In this document: positions 9,106 through 18,008 of the stretch, piece after piece
How positions within the stretch are numbered: position 1 is the first letter of the stretch
How the letters are laid out: every line of letters starts with the position of its first letter
Assembly (NCBI GenBank): GCA_964450395.1
Contig: CAYVGE010000028.1
Coordinates: 1,816-25,815, forward strand
DNA from: an uncultured Actinomycetota bacterium
GTDB lineage: Bacteria; Actinomycetota; Nitriliruptoria; Euzebyales; JAHELV01
Length of the DNA: 24,000 bases
Direction of reading: 5' to 3'
Translations under genes and position numbers: made by a program
Notes under the pieces: generated by a model
Databases searched by the model: none
Told to the model about the DNA's origin: nothing
The model's input: only the letters and a program-made list of their open reading frames with translations

Positions 9106-9392
9106 CTACAGGTCGGCCATGGTCATGGTCGCCCACGGGTCCGGGGGCCCGAACGCCGCCGACGGCGAATCAACGCGTTGACGTCACATGGCGAGACGGA
9201 GCTGGAACGTCGCCACGCGGTCCTCCTCACGGTCGTGCAGCCTGAGAAGCCGCGACATGATGCTCAGCAGCCCACTGCGCCGCTGCGCCGCTCCGCCGCG
9301 CTGCCCTTCTCGTCCACGAACCGGATGAGCTCGCGATGCTGTCGTCGACCACGCGCCGGACCCGCGCCGCTCCGGGCCCACCCACCGCGCGA

Positions 9393-9426
9393 CGCTGCAG
9401 CGGCACCGCGGGACGCCGCTGCAGCG
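9393..9426. promoter_or_regulatory. 12-bp perfect inverted repeat upstream of oleA
   Basis: cgctgcagcggc - accgcgggac - gccgctgcagcg, ending 60 bp before the oleA GTG. Confidence 0.5.
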
Positions 9427-9486
9427 GGCACATACCATCGGTGGCTATGGGTGCACACGCCCGTCCGCGACCATGAAGGATGATGG

Positions 9487-10515
9487 GTGGCTCGGTCCCA
9501 GCAGTTCTCGAACGTCGTCGTCGCCGGGGTCGCCCACGTCGACGCGCCGAACGTCGTCACCAGCGCCGACCTCGAGGCGCGCATCGCCGACACGATGGCG
9601 CGACTCGGGATGCCGGCCGGGACCCTGACCGGGCTCGCCGGCATCGAGGAGCGCCGCTACTGGGACGAGGGCACCAAGCCCAGCGACGCCGCCGCCATGG
9701 CCGGCGCCAAACTGCTCGCCGACACGGGCGTCGACCGCCGCGACATCGGGTCCCTGCTCAACACCAGCGTGGACCGTGACTGGCTGGAGCCGTCGACGGC
9801 CTGCATCGTGCACCACAAGCTGGGACTGCCGCCCGAGGCGCTGAACTTCGACGTCGGCAACGCCTGCCTCGGCTTCATCAACGGGATGGCGCTGACCGCG
9901 GCGATGATCGAGCGCGGCGACATCGACCATGGGATCGTCGTCGACGGCGAGTCGGCGCGGTACGTCGTCGAGTCGACGATCGCCCGTCTGGCCGACCCCT
10001 CGTGTGACCGCGACCTGTTCCGGGCGTCGTTCGCGACGCTGACCCTGGGGTCGGGCGCGGCCGCCATGCTGCTGTCGCGCCGCGACCTGGCCGACGACGG
10101 CCACCCGTTCCACGGCGTGGTGTCCCGGGCCGCCACCGAGCACCACGAGCTGTGCCAGGGCCAGCCCGACGACATGCGCACCGACGCCACGGGCCTGCTG
10201 ACCGCCGGGCTGACCCTGGCCAAGGACACGTGGCGCGACGCGGTCGCGACGTTCGACTGGACAGCGGATGCGATCGACAAGGCGTTCATCCACCAGGTGA
10301 GCCGGGCGCACACCCGGTCGGTGACCGCCGCGCTGAGGCTGCGGGAGGACCGCATCCCGCTGCTGTACCCCTCCTACGGCAACATCGGACCGGCCGGGCT
10401 GATCATCACCTGGTCGAAGGAGGCCGACGCCGGCCGCCTCGCCCCCGGCGACCGCCTGGCGCTGCTCGGGATCGGCAGCGGGCTGAACTGCGCGATGGCC
10501 GAGGTCCGCTGGTGA
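9487..10515 (+). CDS. oleA: OleA: thiolase-superfamily beta-ketoacid-forming enzyme (3-oxoacyl-ACP synthase III-like)
   Basis: Catalytic Cys context LNFDVGNACLGFINGM, SYGNIGPAGLIITWSKE, GIGSGLNCAMAEVRW. Followed by oleB/C/D homologs. GTG start preceded by AAGGA. Confidence 0.92.
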   Translation: MARSQQFSNVVVAGVAHVDAPNVVTSADLEARIADTMARLGMPAGTLTGLAGIEERRYWDEGTKPSDAAAMAGAKLLADTGVDRRDIGSLLNTSVDRDWLEPSTACIVHHKLGLPPEALNFDVGNACLGFINGMALTAAMIERGDIDHGIVVDGESARYVVESTIARLADPSCDRDLFRASFATLTLGSGAAAMLLSRRDLADDGHPFHGVVSRAATEHHELCQGQPDDMRTDATGLLTAGLTLAKDTWRDAVATFDWTADAIDKAFIHQVSRAHTRSVTAALRLREDRIPLLYPSYGNIGPAGLIITWSKEADAGRLAPGDRLALLGIGSGLNCAMAEVRW

Positions 10516-10547
10516 CCGCGCAGCGGGCACCAGGGCCGGCCGGGGGG

Positions 10548-10575
10548 CGATCTGCTCGCGCCAGCGAGGAGATCG
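10548..10575 (+). promoter_or_regulatory. hairpin containing the oleB Shine-Dalgarno
   Basis: cgatct-g-ctcgc-(gcca)-gcgag-g-agatcg. SD GAGGAG (10566-10571) lies in the 3' arm, 8 nt before the GTG at 10580. Confidence 0.5.
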
Positions 10576-10579
10576 GGCT

Positions 10580-11485
10580 GTGACCACGCCCGACGCGCTG
10601 GACGGCCTCCCACCGTCCCGCGCGTTCGCGCGTCCCGCGGGCACGCTGCGCTACGTCGACGAGGGCACCGGACCGGCCGTCGTGTGCGTGCACGGCAACC
10701 CCACGTGGGCCTGGTACTACCGCCGGCTGCTGACCGCGCTCGTCGGCGACCACCGGGTCATCGTCCCCGACCACCTGGGCATGGGCCGCTCGGACACCCC
10801 GGACGACGACGCCTACGGCTGGGACCTGGCCGCACGGGTCGAGGACCTCGGCGCCCTGCTCGACCACCTGCAGGTCGGCGTCGCGGCGCCCGCCACGCTG
10901 GTGGTCCACGACTGGGGCGGGCCGATCGCGCTGACGTGGGCCGCCCACCACCCACAGCGCGTGGGGCGCGTGGTGCTCACCAACACGGCCGCGTTCCCGC
11001 GCCTGCGCGGGGCGGGGTTCCCGTGGCTGCTGCGCCCCGCCCGCGCCCCGGGGCTCGGTTCCGTGCTGGTGCGCGACGCCAACGCCTTCGTGCGGTCGAC
11101 GCTGGCCGTCGGGGTCCACCGTGGCCGCCTGGAGCCCGCCGCCCGCGCCGGCTACCTGGCGCCCTACCGGACCCGCGGGGCACGCACCGGCGTGCTGCGC
11201 TTCGTCCGCGACGTCCCCGAGGGCCCGGCGCACCCGTCGCATGCGCTGCTGGCGTGGACGGGCGAGCACCTCGGGTGGCTCGCGCAGCGTCCCACCATGA
11301 TCGTGTGGGGGCTGCGCGACCCCGTGCTCACGCCCGCCTACCTCGCCGAGTGGCGCCGCCGCCTGCCCGACGCCGAGGTGCACGCGATCGCCGACGCCGG
11401 CCACCTGGTGCTCGAGGACGCCGCCGAGTCGGTCCCGCTGATCGCCGCCTTCCTCGCCCGGACAGACCGTACGCTGCACCGGTGA
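10580..11485 (+). CDS. oleB: OleB: alpha/beta hydrolase, haloalkane-dehalogenase-like (beta-lactone decarboxylase)
   Basis: VCVHGNPTWAWYYRRLL, nucleophile VVHDWGGPIALTWA, ADAGHLVLEDA. Position in oleABCD. Confidence 0.92.
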   Translation: MTTPDALDGLPPSRAFARPAGTLRYVDEGTGPAVVCVHGNPTWAWYYRRLLTALVGDHRVIVPDHLGMGRSDTPDDDAYGWDLAARVEDLGALLDHLQVGVAAPATLVVHDWGGPIALTWAAHHPQRVGRVVLTNTAAFPRLRGAGFPWLLRPARAPGLGSVLVRDANAFVRSTLAVGVHRGRLEPAARAGYLAPYRTRGARTGVLRFVRDVPEGPAHPSHALLAWTGEHLGWLAQRPTMIVWGLRDPVLTPAYLAEWRRRLPDAEVHAIADAGHLVLEDAAESVPLIAAFLARTDRTLHR

Positions 11486-13164
11486 CCTCGACCGACCCCG
11501 CGCCGCTGCCGCCGCTGCTCGCCGGGCTGCGCGCTGCGGCGACCGACGCCCCCGGCCGCGCCGCGCTGGTCATGGCCGGTGGCGCCACCCTGGACTTCGC
11601 CACCCTGCACCACCGCGTGGGTGCGGGTGCGGCGGCGCTGCGCCGGCAGGGCATCGCCGACGGCGCCCGGGCCGTGCTGCTGGTCCCGCCCGGGCCGGGC
11701 TTCGTGGTGGCGACGTTCGCGCTGCTCGCCGCGGGTGCGGTGCCGGTCCTGATCGACCCCGGGATCGGCATCCGCCGTGCGCGCCGGGCGTTGGCCGACG
11801 CCACCCCGGTGGCGTTCGTCGGCTCGCGACGCGCCCACGCGGCCCGCCGGCTCCTGCGCCTCGCACCGACGGCGGGCCGGCTGGTCACGGTGGACGACGC
11901 GTGGCCGGGACCCGCCACCGCCCCCGACCGCGGGATCTGGACCCCGCGCGACGAGGACGACGAGGCGGCGCTGCTGTTCACCTCGGGATCGACCGGTCCT
12001 CCGAAGGCCGTCGTGTACCGCCACCGGCACTTCGCCGCCCAGCTGTCGGCGTTGCGCGACGCCTACGACCTGGCGCCCGGTGAGGTGACGGTGGCGACCT
12101 TCCCGCCGTTCGCGCTGTTCGGGCCGGCGCTGGGCCAGACCACCGTGCTGCCCGACATGGACGTCACGCGGCCGGCCGCGGCCGATCCGGTGCACCTCGT
12201 CGAGGTCGTCGCGCGACACCGGGCCGACCTGCTGTTCGCCTCGCCGGCGCTGCTCGGCGTCCTCGCCCGCCACGGCGCAGCGACCGGCGCGCAGCTCCCG
12301 ACGCTGCGCCTGGCCCTGTCGGCCGGTGCGCCCGTGCCCGCCGCGCTCGTCGCCGGCACCGCGGCGCTGCTTCCGCCCGGCGCCCGCCTGGCGACGCCCT
12401 ATGGCATGACCGAGGCGCTGCCGGTCGCGACCATCGACGGGCCGGCCCTGCGGGCGGCGGCGACGCTGCACGACCCGCCGCGCGGCGTGTGCGTCGGCAC
12501 CCCCGTCGCCGACACCGACGTCGCGGTCATCGCCGTGGCCGACGCCCAGCTGCCCGGCGTCCCGCCCGGGGCCCCGCTGCCCGACGGCGAGGTCGGCGAG
12601 CTGGTGGTCGCCGGCCCCCAGGTCACCGACGCCTACGCCGGGCGCCCGGCGCTGACGGCGCGCGCCAAGACCGTGCTGGCAGGCCGCCCCGCGCACCGCA
12701 CCGGCGATCTGGGCTGGCGCGACGACGACGGGCGACTGTGGTTCTGCGGCCGCGTCGTCCACCGGGTCCCAACGGTGCACGGGCCGCTGGACCCGTTGCC
12801 CGTCGAGCAGCTCGCGCTGGCCGACCCCCGGGTGCTGCGCGCCGCGCTGGTCGGGGTGCCCGCCGGCGCGCCGGTCCGCGATCCGGTGCTGGTGGTCCAG
12901 CCCGCGCCGGGCGCGCTGCCCCGCTGGCGCCCCGGTGGTCGCCGCCGACGCGCCGCCCTGCTCGCCGAGCTGCGCCGCCGCCTCGCGGCCCACCCGCACA
13001 GCGCCCGGGTCACCCACGTGCTGCTGCGCCGGCGCGTCCCCGTCGATGCCCGGCACAACGCCAAGATCGGCTACGAGCAGCTGGCCCGGTGGGCCACGGC
13101 CCGGCTGCGCGGGCGGACCACGTGGGTGGGCCGCCGCGCCTTCGGCGGCGGCGCCGCCCCATGA
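11482..13164 (+). CDS. oleC: OleC: AMP-dependent synthetase-family beta-lactone synthetase
   Basis: P-loop LLFTSGSTGPPKAVVYRH, TPYGMTEALPVATI, HRTGDLGWRDDDGRLWFCGR, DARHNAKIGYEQLARW. GTG start overlaps the oleB TGA (GTGA). Confidence 0.92.
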   Translation: MTSTDPAPLPPLLAGLRAAATDAPGRAALVMAGGATLDFATLHHRVGAGAAALRRQGIADGARAVLLVPPGPGFVVATFALLAAGAVPVLIDPGIGIRRARRALADATPVAFVGSRRAHAARRLLRLAPTAGRLVTVDDAWPGPATAPDRGIWTPRDEDDEAALLFTSGSTGPPKAVVYRHRHFAAQLSALRDAYDLAPGEVTVATFPPFALFGPALGQTTVLPDMDVTRPAAADPVHLVEVVARHRADLLFASPALLGVLARHGAATGAQLPTLRLALSAGAPVPAALVAGTAALLPPGARLATPYGMTEALPVATIDGPALRAAATLHDPPRGVCVGTPVADTDVAVIAVADAQLPGVPPGAPLPDGEVGELVVAGPQVTDAYAGRPALTARAKTVLAGRPAHRTGDLGWRDDDGRLWFCGRVVHRVPTVHGPLDPLPVEQLALADPRVLRAALVGVPAGAPVRDPVLVVQPAPGALPRWRPGGRRRRAALLAELRRRLAAHPHSARVTHVLLRRRVPVDARHNAKIGYEQLARWATARLRGRTTWVGRRAFGGGAAP

Positions 13165-13177
13165 CGCCAACGCGCCA

Positions 13178-13214
13178 TCCCCGCCGCTGCGGGGAGTCAC
13201 CCGGTCAGGGTGAC
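13178..13214 (+). promoter_or_regulatory. two back-to-back hairpins in the oleC-oleD intergenic gap
   Basis: tccccgc(cgct)gcgggga at 13178-13195, immediately followed by gtcaccc(ggtca)gggtgac at 13196-13214. Confidence 0.5.
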
Positions 13215-13246
13215 GCCACGGCTCCCCGCGGTGGGCGGGTCCGGCA

Positions 13247-14272
13247 GTGACCGGCACGGTGCTGGTCACCGGCGGCGGTGGCGTCGTGGGCGGCGCAGTG
13301 GTCCGTGCGCTGCTGGCACGGGGCTGGACCGTGCGGTCGTTCTCGCGTGGTGACTACCCTGCGCTGCGCGGCCTGGGCGTCGCGACCCACCGTGGGGACA
13401 TCACCGACCTGCCGGCGCTGACGCGTGCTGCCGACGGCTGCGACGCGGTGGTGCACGCCGCTGCACGCGCCGACATGGGTGTGCACGCCCCGTCGTTCGT
13501 CGCGACGAACGTCGTCGGCACGGCCACGGTGCTGGCCGCCTGCCGGCGCACCGGGGTCGCGCGGCTGGTCTTCACGTCGAGCCCCTCGGTGGTGCACACC
13601 GGCGCGCCGACCACGGGCGGCGACGAGGCCCTCCCCTACGCCGCGCGCCACGAGAGCCCCTACCCGGCGACCAAGGCACGGGCCGAGCAGCTCGTGCTGC
13701 GCGCCAACGACGCGGCCCTGGCGACCGTCGCGCTGCGGCCACACCTGGTCTGGGGACCCGGCGACACCCAGCTGACCGCGCGCATCCTGCAGCGGGCGCG
13801 CGCCGGCCGGCTCCGCCTGGTCGACCATGGCCGTGCGGTCGTCGACGCCACCTACGTCGACGACGCCGCGCAGGCGCACGTCCTGGCGCTCGACGCCCTG
13901 GTCGCCCCGCCGGCGCACGACGCCCGGCCGATCGCGGGCCGCCCCCTGTTCGTCTCGTCGGGCCGTCCGCTGCCGATCGCGACGCTGCTGGCGGGGCTGC
14001 TGGGCGCCGCCGGGCTGCCGCCTGAGCGCCGCAGCGTGCCGTTCCGGGTCGCCTGGGCGGCCGGTGCGGCGTGTGAGGCGGTCTGGCGCGCGTCCCGCCG
14101 TCGCGACGAGCCGCCGATGACCCGGTTCCTGGCGCGCCAGCTCGCGACCAGCCACTGGTTCGACCTGACCGCGGCGCGCCGCGACCTGGGCTACGTGCCG
14201 CGGGTCACGCCGGAGGACGGCTTCGCGCGGCTCGCTGCGGCGCTCCGCGCCTCGTGGGTCCGGCCCACCTGA
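13247..14272 (+). CDS. oleD: OleD: NAD(P)-dependent 2-alkyl-3-oxoalkanoate reductase (SDR/epimerase family)
   Basis: VLVTGGGGVVGGAVVRALLARG, YPATKARAEQLVL, ALRPHLVWGPGDTQLTARI, ATYVDDAAQAHVLAL. Operon context. Confidence 0.92.
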   Translation: MTGTVLVTGGGGVVGGAVVRALLARGWTVRSFSRGDYPALRGLGVATHRGDITDLPALTRAADGCDAVVHAAARADMGVHAPSFVATNVVGTATVLAACRRTGVARLVFTSSPSVVHTGAPTTGGDEALPYAARHESPYPATKARAEQLVLRANDAALATVALRPHLVWGPGDTQLTARILQRARAGRLRLVDHGRAVVDATYVDDAAQAHVLALDALVAPPAHDARPIAGRPLFVSSGRPLPIATLLAGLLGAAGLPPERRSVPFRVAWAAGAACEAVWRASRRRDEPPMTRFLARQLATSHWFDLTAARRDLGYVPRVTPEDGFARLAAALRASWVRPT

Positions 14273-14330
14273 CACGCCGACGGGGCGGCCCGCCGCAGCG
14301 GACCGCCCGGTGGCGCGACAGACGCCGGTG

Positions 14331-15785
14331 CTACACGACCGCCACGTCCTCCGACGAGGCCTTGGTGCCGCTCGGCGTCCACACCGTCTTGAACGTGATC
14401 ACCGCGGCGGCCGCGACCACCGTCCCGACGGCGATCGCGAGGAGGTACGGGATCGCGTTGCCGACCAGGCCGATCACGAAGATCCCACCGTGTGGCGCGC
14501 GCAACGTCGCGCCGAACAGCAGCGACATGACCGCCGTCGTCGCCGATCCGAGCATCATCGCGGGGATGACGCGCACCGGGTCGGCGGCGGCGAACGGGAT
14601 CGCGCCCTCGGTGATGAACGACGCGCCCATCAGCCACGCCGCCTCGCCCGCGCGGATCTCCGATTCGTTGAACAGCTGGGACCGCACGACCGTCGCCAGC
14701 GCGAGCGCAAGTGGCGGCACCATGCCGGCGGCCATGATGGCCGCCATGACCTGGAAGTCTCCCGATTCGAGCGCGAGGAGGCCGAAGCCGTACGCGACCT
14801 TGTTGACCGGGCCGCCCATGTCGAAGGCCATCATCCCGCCGAGCACGAGGCCCAGCAGCACGGCGTTGGCACCCGACAGCCCGTCGAGCCAGTTCTCCAG
14901 ACCTCTGCTCAGCGCGGCGATCGGCTCGCCGATCACCAGGATCATCAGCAGGCCGACGATCAGGGTGCCGATGATCGGGTACACCAGGATCGGCAGCATG
15001 CGCTGCAGGGTGCCGGTCACCGGCGTCTTCTTGAGGAGGTTGACCACCCATCCGGCCAGCAGACCCGCCGCGATGCCGCCCAGGAAGCCGGCTCCGATCT
15101 CGTTGGCCAGCAGGCCACCGACGATGCCGGGGGCGATGCCGGGCCGGTCCGCCATCGCGTAGGCGATGAAGCCGGCCAGGATCGGCACCAGCATCGCGAA
15201 CGCGGTCCCGCCGATCTGGTTGAGCAGCGCACCGATGTAGGTCAGCGTGCCCACCTCGGCCGGAGACGCGGTGTACACGTCGACCTCGGTCACCTCGACC
15301 GCGCCGCCGATCGCGAACGCGGCGGCGATGAGGATCCCGCCACCGATGACGAACGGCAGCATGTAGCTCACGCCGGTCATCAGCCACTGGCGGAGGCGCT
15401 CGCCCGCGCCGAGCTCGCGTTCCTCGGCCGGCTCGGAGGCGGCGGCGTCGGCCCGGGCCGCCTCGCCGTCGGCCGGTGCGCGCTCCGCAGCCTGCTCGGC
15501 GCGCTCGACGATGCTCGGCGCCTTGTCGATGGCCTCGCGGGTGCGGACCTCGACCGACGGGAGGTGGGCGAACCGTTCGCGGTCCTTGACGCCCGCATCG
15601 ACCGCGAAGATCACGGCGTCGGCGTTGCGGATCAGGTCGGCCTTGATCGCCGGACCGCCCGAGGCGCCCTGCACCTCGACCTCGCACTCGTGGCCGCGCT
15701 CGCGTGCCGCCTCCTCGATGGCCTCCGCGGCCATCGAGCTGTGGGCGATGCCGGTGGGACAACTGGTGACGCCGACGAACTTCAC
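14331..15785 (-). CDS. fruA: PTS fructose transporter subunit IIBC
   Basis: IIB start MKFVGVTSCPTGIAHSSMAAEAIEEAARERG; IIC GVSYMLPFVIGGGILIAAAF, NKVAYGFGL. GTG start overlaps the IIA stop. Confidence 0.93.
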   Translation of the reverse strand: MKFVGVTSCPTGIAHSSMAAEAIEEAARERGHECEVEVQGASGGPAIKADLIRNADAVIFAVDAGVKDRERFAHLPSVEVRTREAIDKAPSIVERAEQAAERAPADGEAARADAAASEPAEERELGAGERLRQWLMTGVSYMLPFVIGGGILIAAAFAIGGAVEVTEVDVYTASPAEVGTLTYIGALLNQIGGTAFAMLVPILAGFIAYAMADRPGIAPGIVGGLLANEIGAGFLGGIAAGLLAGWVVNLLKKTPVTGTLQRMLPILVYPIIGTLIVGLLMILVIGEPIAALSRGLENWLDGLSGANAVLLGLVLGGMMAFDMGGPVNKVAYGFGLLALESGDFQVMAAIMAAGMVPPLALALATVVRSQLFNESEIRAGEAAWLMGASFITEGAIPFAAADPVRVIPAMMLGSATTAVMSLLFGATLRAPHGGIFVIGLVGNAIPYLLAIAVGTVVAAAAVITFKTVWTPSGTKASSEDVAVV

Positions 15786-16252
15786 AGCTTCACCTCGCTC
15801 TTGATCGTGTCGAACACGGCCTGGGGGTCGCCGGCCTCACGCAGCTGCGTGCGGAAGCTCTCGTGGATCAGCCGGCGCGCCAGCTTCGACAGCATGGTCA
15901 CGTGCGCGTCGTCGCTGCCGGTGGGCGCCGCGATGAGGAAGATCAGGTCGGCGTCCGACCCGTCCTCGGCCCCGAAGTGCACGCCCGTGGCGCTGCGCCC
16001 GAAGGCGACGCTGGGCCGGGCGACGGCGTCGGACTTCGCGTGCGGGATCGCGACCCCCGATTCCATGCCGGTGCCGCCGGTCTCGTTCTCGCGCGCCACG
16101 ACGGCCTCGACGTACGCGTCGCGGTCGGTCACGCGGCCCTGCTCGGCGAGCAGGCCCGCGAGCTCGGCGATCGCGCCCTCGGCGTCCGTCGCCTTCAGCT
16201 CGGTCGTGACCAGCTCGGGTCCGGTCACGTCGTCGATGGTGATGTCAGCCAT
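15782..16252 (-). CDS. PTS fructose IIA component
   Basis: ETGGTGMESGVAIPHAKSDAVARPSVAFGRS (active-site His) plus LIFLIAAPTGSDDAHVTMLSKLARRLIHE. Start set at MADITID. Confidence 0.92.
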   Translation of the reverse strand: MADITIDDVTGPELVTTELKATDAEGAIAELAGLLAEQGRVTDRDAYVEAVVARENETGGTGMESGVAIPHAKSDAVARPSVAFGRSATGVHFGAEDGSDADLIFLIAAPTGSDDAHVTMLSKLARRLIHESFRTQLREAGDPQAVFDTIKSEVKL

Positions 16253-16289
16253 GGTTGGTTCGGCTCCCTCGTTGTCGGTGTCGACCGCG

Positions 16290-17228
16290 TCAGTCGCGCA
16301 GCCGGCGGGCATCGTCGACGGCGGCGACGGTGACGGCGTCGACGTCGATGTCATCTGGTCGGGGCATGGAGCTGCCGGGCAGCTGCACCGCGGCCGCACC
16401 CCAGGCCACCGCGGCGCGCAGTGCATCCGGACCCTCGCCGCCCGCGGCGAGGAACCCCGACAGCGTCGAGTCGCCGGCGCCGACGTTGCTCAGCGGCACC
16501 ACCGGCGGCGACTCGGCGTGGTAGGCGCCGGTGTCGTCGACCAGCAGGGCACCGTCGGCGCCGAGCGACACCAGCACCGCCCGGGCGCCGTCGGACCGCA
16601 GCTCCTGCGCCGCCGTCACGATCTCACCGAAGGTCGACAGCGGCCGGCCGACGATCTCGGCCAGCTCCTCGTCGTTCGGCTTGCACACGTCGGGCCCGGA
16701 CCCGATCGCCACGGCCAGCGGCGGGCCACTGGTGTCGACGGCGATCTTCCGCCCGGCGGCGTGCACCTCGGCGACCAGCTGCGCGTAGAAGTCGTCGGGC
16801 ATGCCCGGCGGCAGGCTGCCGCTGGCGACGACCCAGTCGGCCTCGCCGACCTCGGCCACCACGGTCTTGCGCAGCGCGTCGACATCGCCCTCCGTCAGCC
16901 GCGGACCGGGGGCGTTGAGCTTGGTCACGGTGCCGTCGGGCTCGACCACGCTGACGTTGCTGCGGACCGCCGACGAGATCGGCACCGGCAGCGTGCGCAG
17001 GCCCAGCTCGTCGGTCAGCCGGGCGAGGTGGTCGCCGTCGGCGCCCCCCACCGGCAGCGCCGCGCGGACCTGGTGCCCGTTGGCCGCGAGCGCACGGGCG
17101 ACGTTGACGCCCTTGCCCCCGGCGTCCACGCGCACGCCCGTCGCACGGACGACGGCACCGCGAACCAGCTCCTCGATCTCCATCGTCCGGTCCAGTGACG
17201 GGTTCGGTGTCACGGTCAGGAACCTCAT
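16290..17228 (-). CDS. fruK: 1-phosphofructokinase (PfkB family)
   Basis: TVTPNPSLDRTMEI, VDAGGKGVNVARALAANG, NVGAGDSTLSGFLA. Confidence 0.94.
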   Translation of the reverse strand: MRFLTVTPNPSLDRTMEIEELVRGAVVRATGVRVDAGGKGVNVARALAANGHQVRAALPVGGADGDHLARLTDELGLRTLPVPISSAVRSNVSVVEPDGTVTKLNAPGPRLTEGDVDALRKTVVAEVGEADWVVASGSLPPGMPDDFYAQLVAEVHAAGRKIAVDTSGPPLAVAIGSGPDVCKPNDEELAEIVGRPLSTFGEIVTAAQELRSDGARAVLVSLGADGALLVDDTGAYHAESPPVVPLSNVGAGDSTLSGFLAAGGEGPDALRAAVAWGAAAVQLPGSSMPRPDDIDVDAVTVAAVDDARRLRD

Positions 17229-17986
17229 GCCAGCACCACCTGCACTCCGACCTCCTCCAGCTGCGCGACGTCATCGGTTGCCATGCCGTCGTCGGTGACC
17301 AGCACGTCGATGTCGGACAGGTCACAGAACCGCACCAGGTGCTCCTCACCGAGCTTGCTGTGATCGGCCAGGAGCACCCGCTGCCCACCCGCGGCCACGA
17401 TCGCGCGCTTGACCGCCGCTTCGGTCACGTCGGGCGTCGACAGCCCCCGGGCGACGGACATGCCGTTGGTCGCGATGAACGCCACGTCGACCGCCAGGTC
17501 GGCCAGCGTCCGCAGCGCCCAGTCGTCGACGTTGGCCAGCGTGCGGTGGCGCACGCGGCCGCCGAGCATCAGCAGGTGGATGTTGGGCCGCGTCGACAGG
17601 GTCAGCGCGATCGTCAACGAGTGGGTGATGACCGTCAGCTCGCGGTCGGTCGGCATGAGCCCCGCCAGCGCACCGGTCGTCGTGCCCGCGTCGACGAGCA
17701 CCGTGCCACCGGGCGGCAGGTAGGAGACGGCGGCCTTGGCGATCCGCTGCTTCTGGCTGGCCATCACCGCCGCGCGGTCGGTGACGGCGGGCTCGGTGCG
17801 GAACCGCTCGATCGGCATGGCGCCGCCGTGGATGCGCCGCAGCACGCCCCGCTGCTCGAGCTCGGTCAGGTCACGACGGATGGTCTCCTGGGTGACGTCG
17901 AAGAGCTCGGCCAGGTGGGAGACCTCGACCCGCCCGTCGACGCGGGCCGTGCCGACGATCTGTTGCCGTCGCTCCTCCGCGTGCAC
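17225..17986 (-). CDS. fruR: DeoR-family transcriptional repressor of the fructose operon
   Basis: MHAEERRQQIVGTARVDGRVEVSHLAELFDVTQETIRRDLTELEQRGVLRRIHGGA. ATGA overlap with fruK. Confidence 0.92.
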   Translation of the reverse strand: MHAEERRQQIVGTARVDGRVEVSHLAELFDVTQETIRRDLTELEQRGVLRRIHGGAMPIERFRTEPAVTDRAAVMASQKQRIAKAAVSYLPPGGTVLVDAGTTTGALAGLMPTDRELTVITHSLTIALTLSTRPNIHLLMLGGRVRHRTLANVDDWALRTLADLAVDVAFIATNGMSVARGLSTPDVTEAAVKRAIVAAGGQRVLLADHSKLGEEHLVRFCDLSDIDVLVTDDGMATDDVAQLEEVGVQVVLA

Positions 17987-18008
17987 GCTGCCACCCCCGA
18001 TTCTGCGT

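Noticed and set aside
11338-13269. 643-aa minus-strand ORF opposite oleC
   Set aside because: Antisense shadow of the oleC adenylate-forming enzyme.
14273-14330. gggcgg/ccgccc inverted repeat between convergent oleD and fruA
   Set aside because: Only a 6-bp stem with a 14-nt loop and no U-tract; expected by chance at this GC content.
14310-17198. 962-aa plus-strand ORF, longest in the track
   Set aside because: Mirrors the fru operon on the opposite strand; composition is that of a shadow frame.
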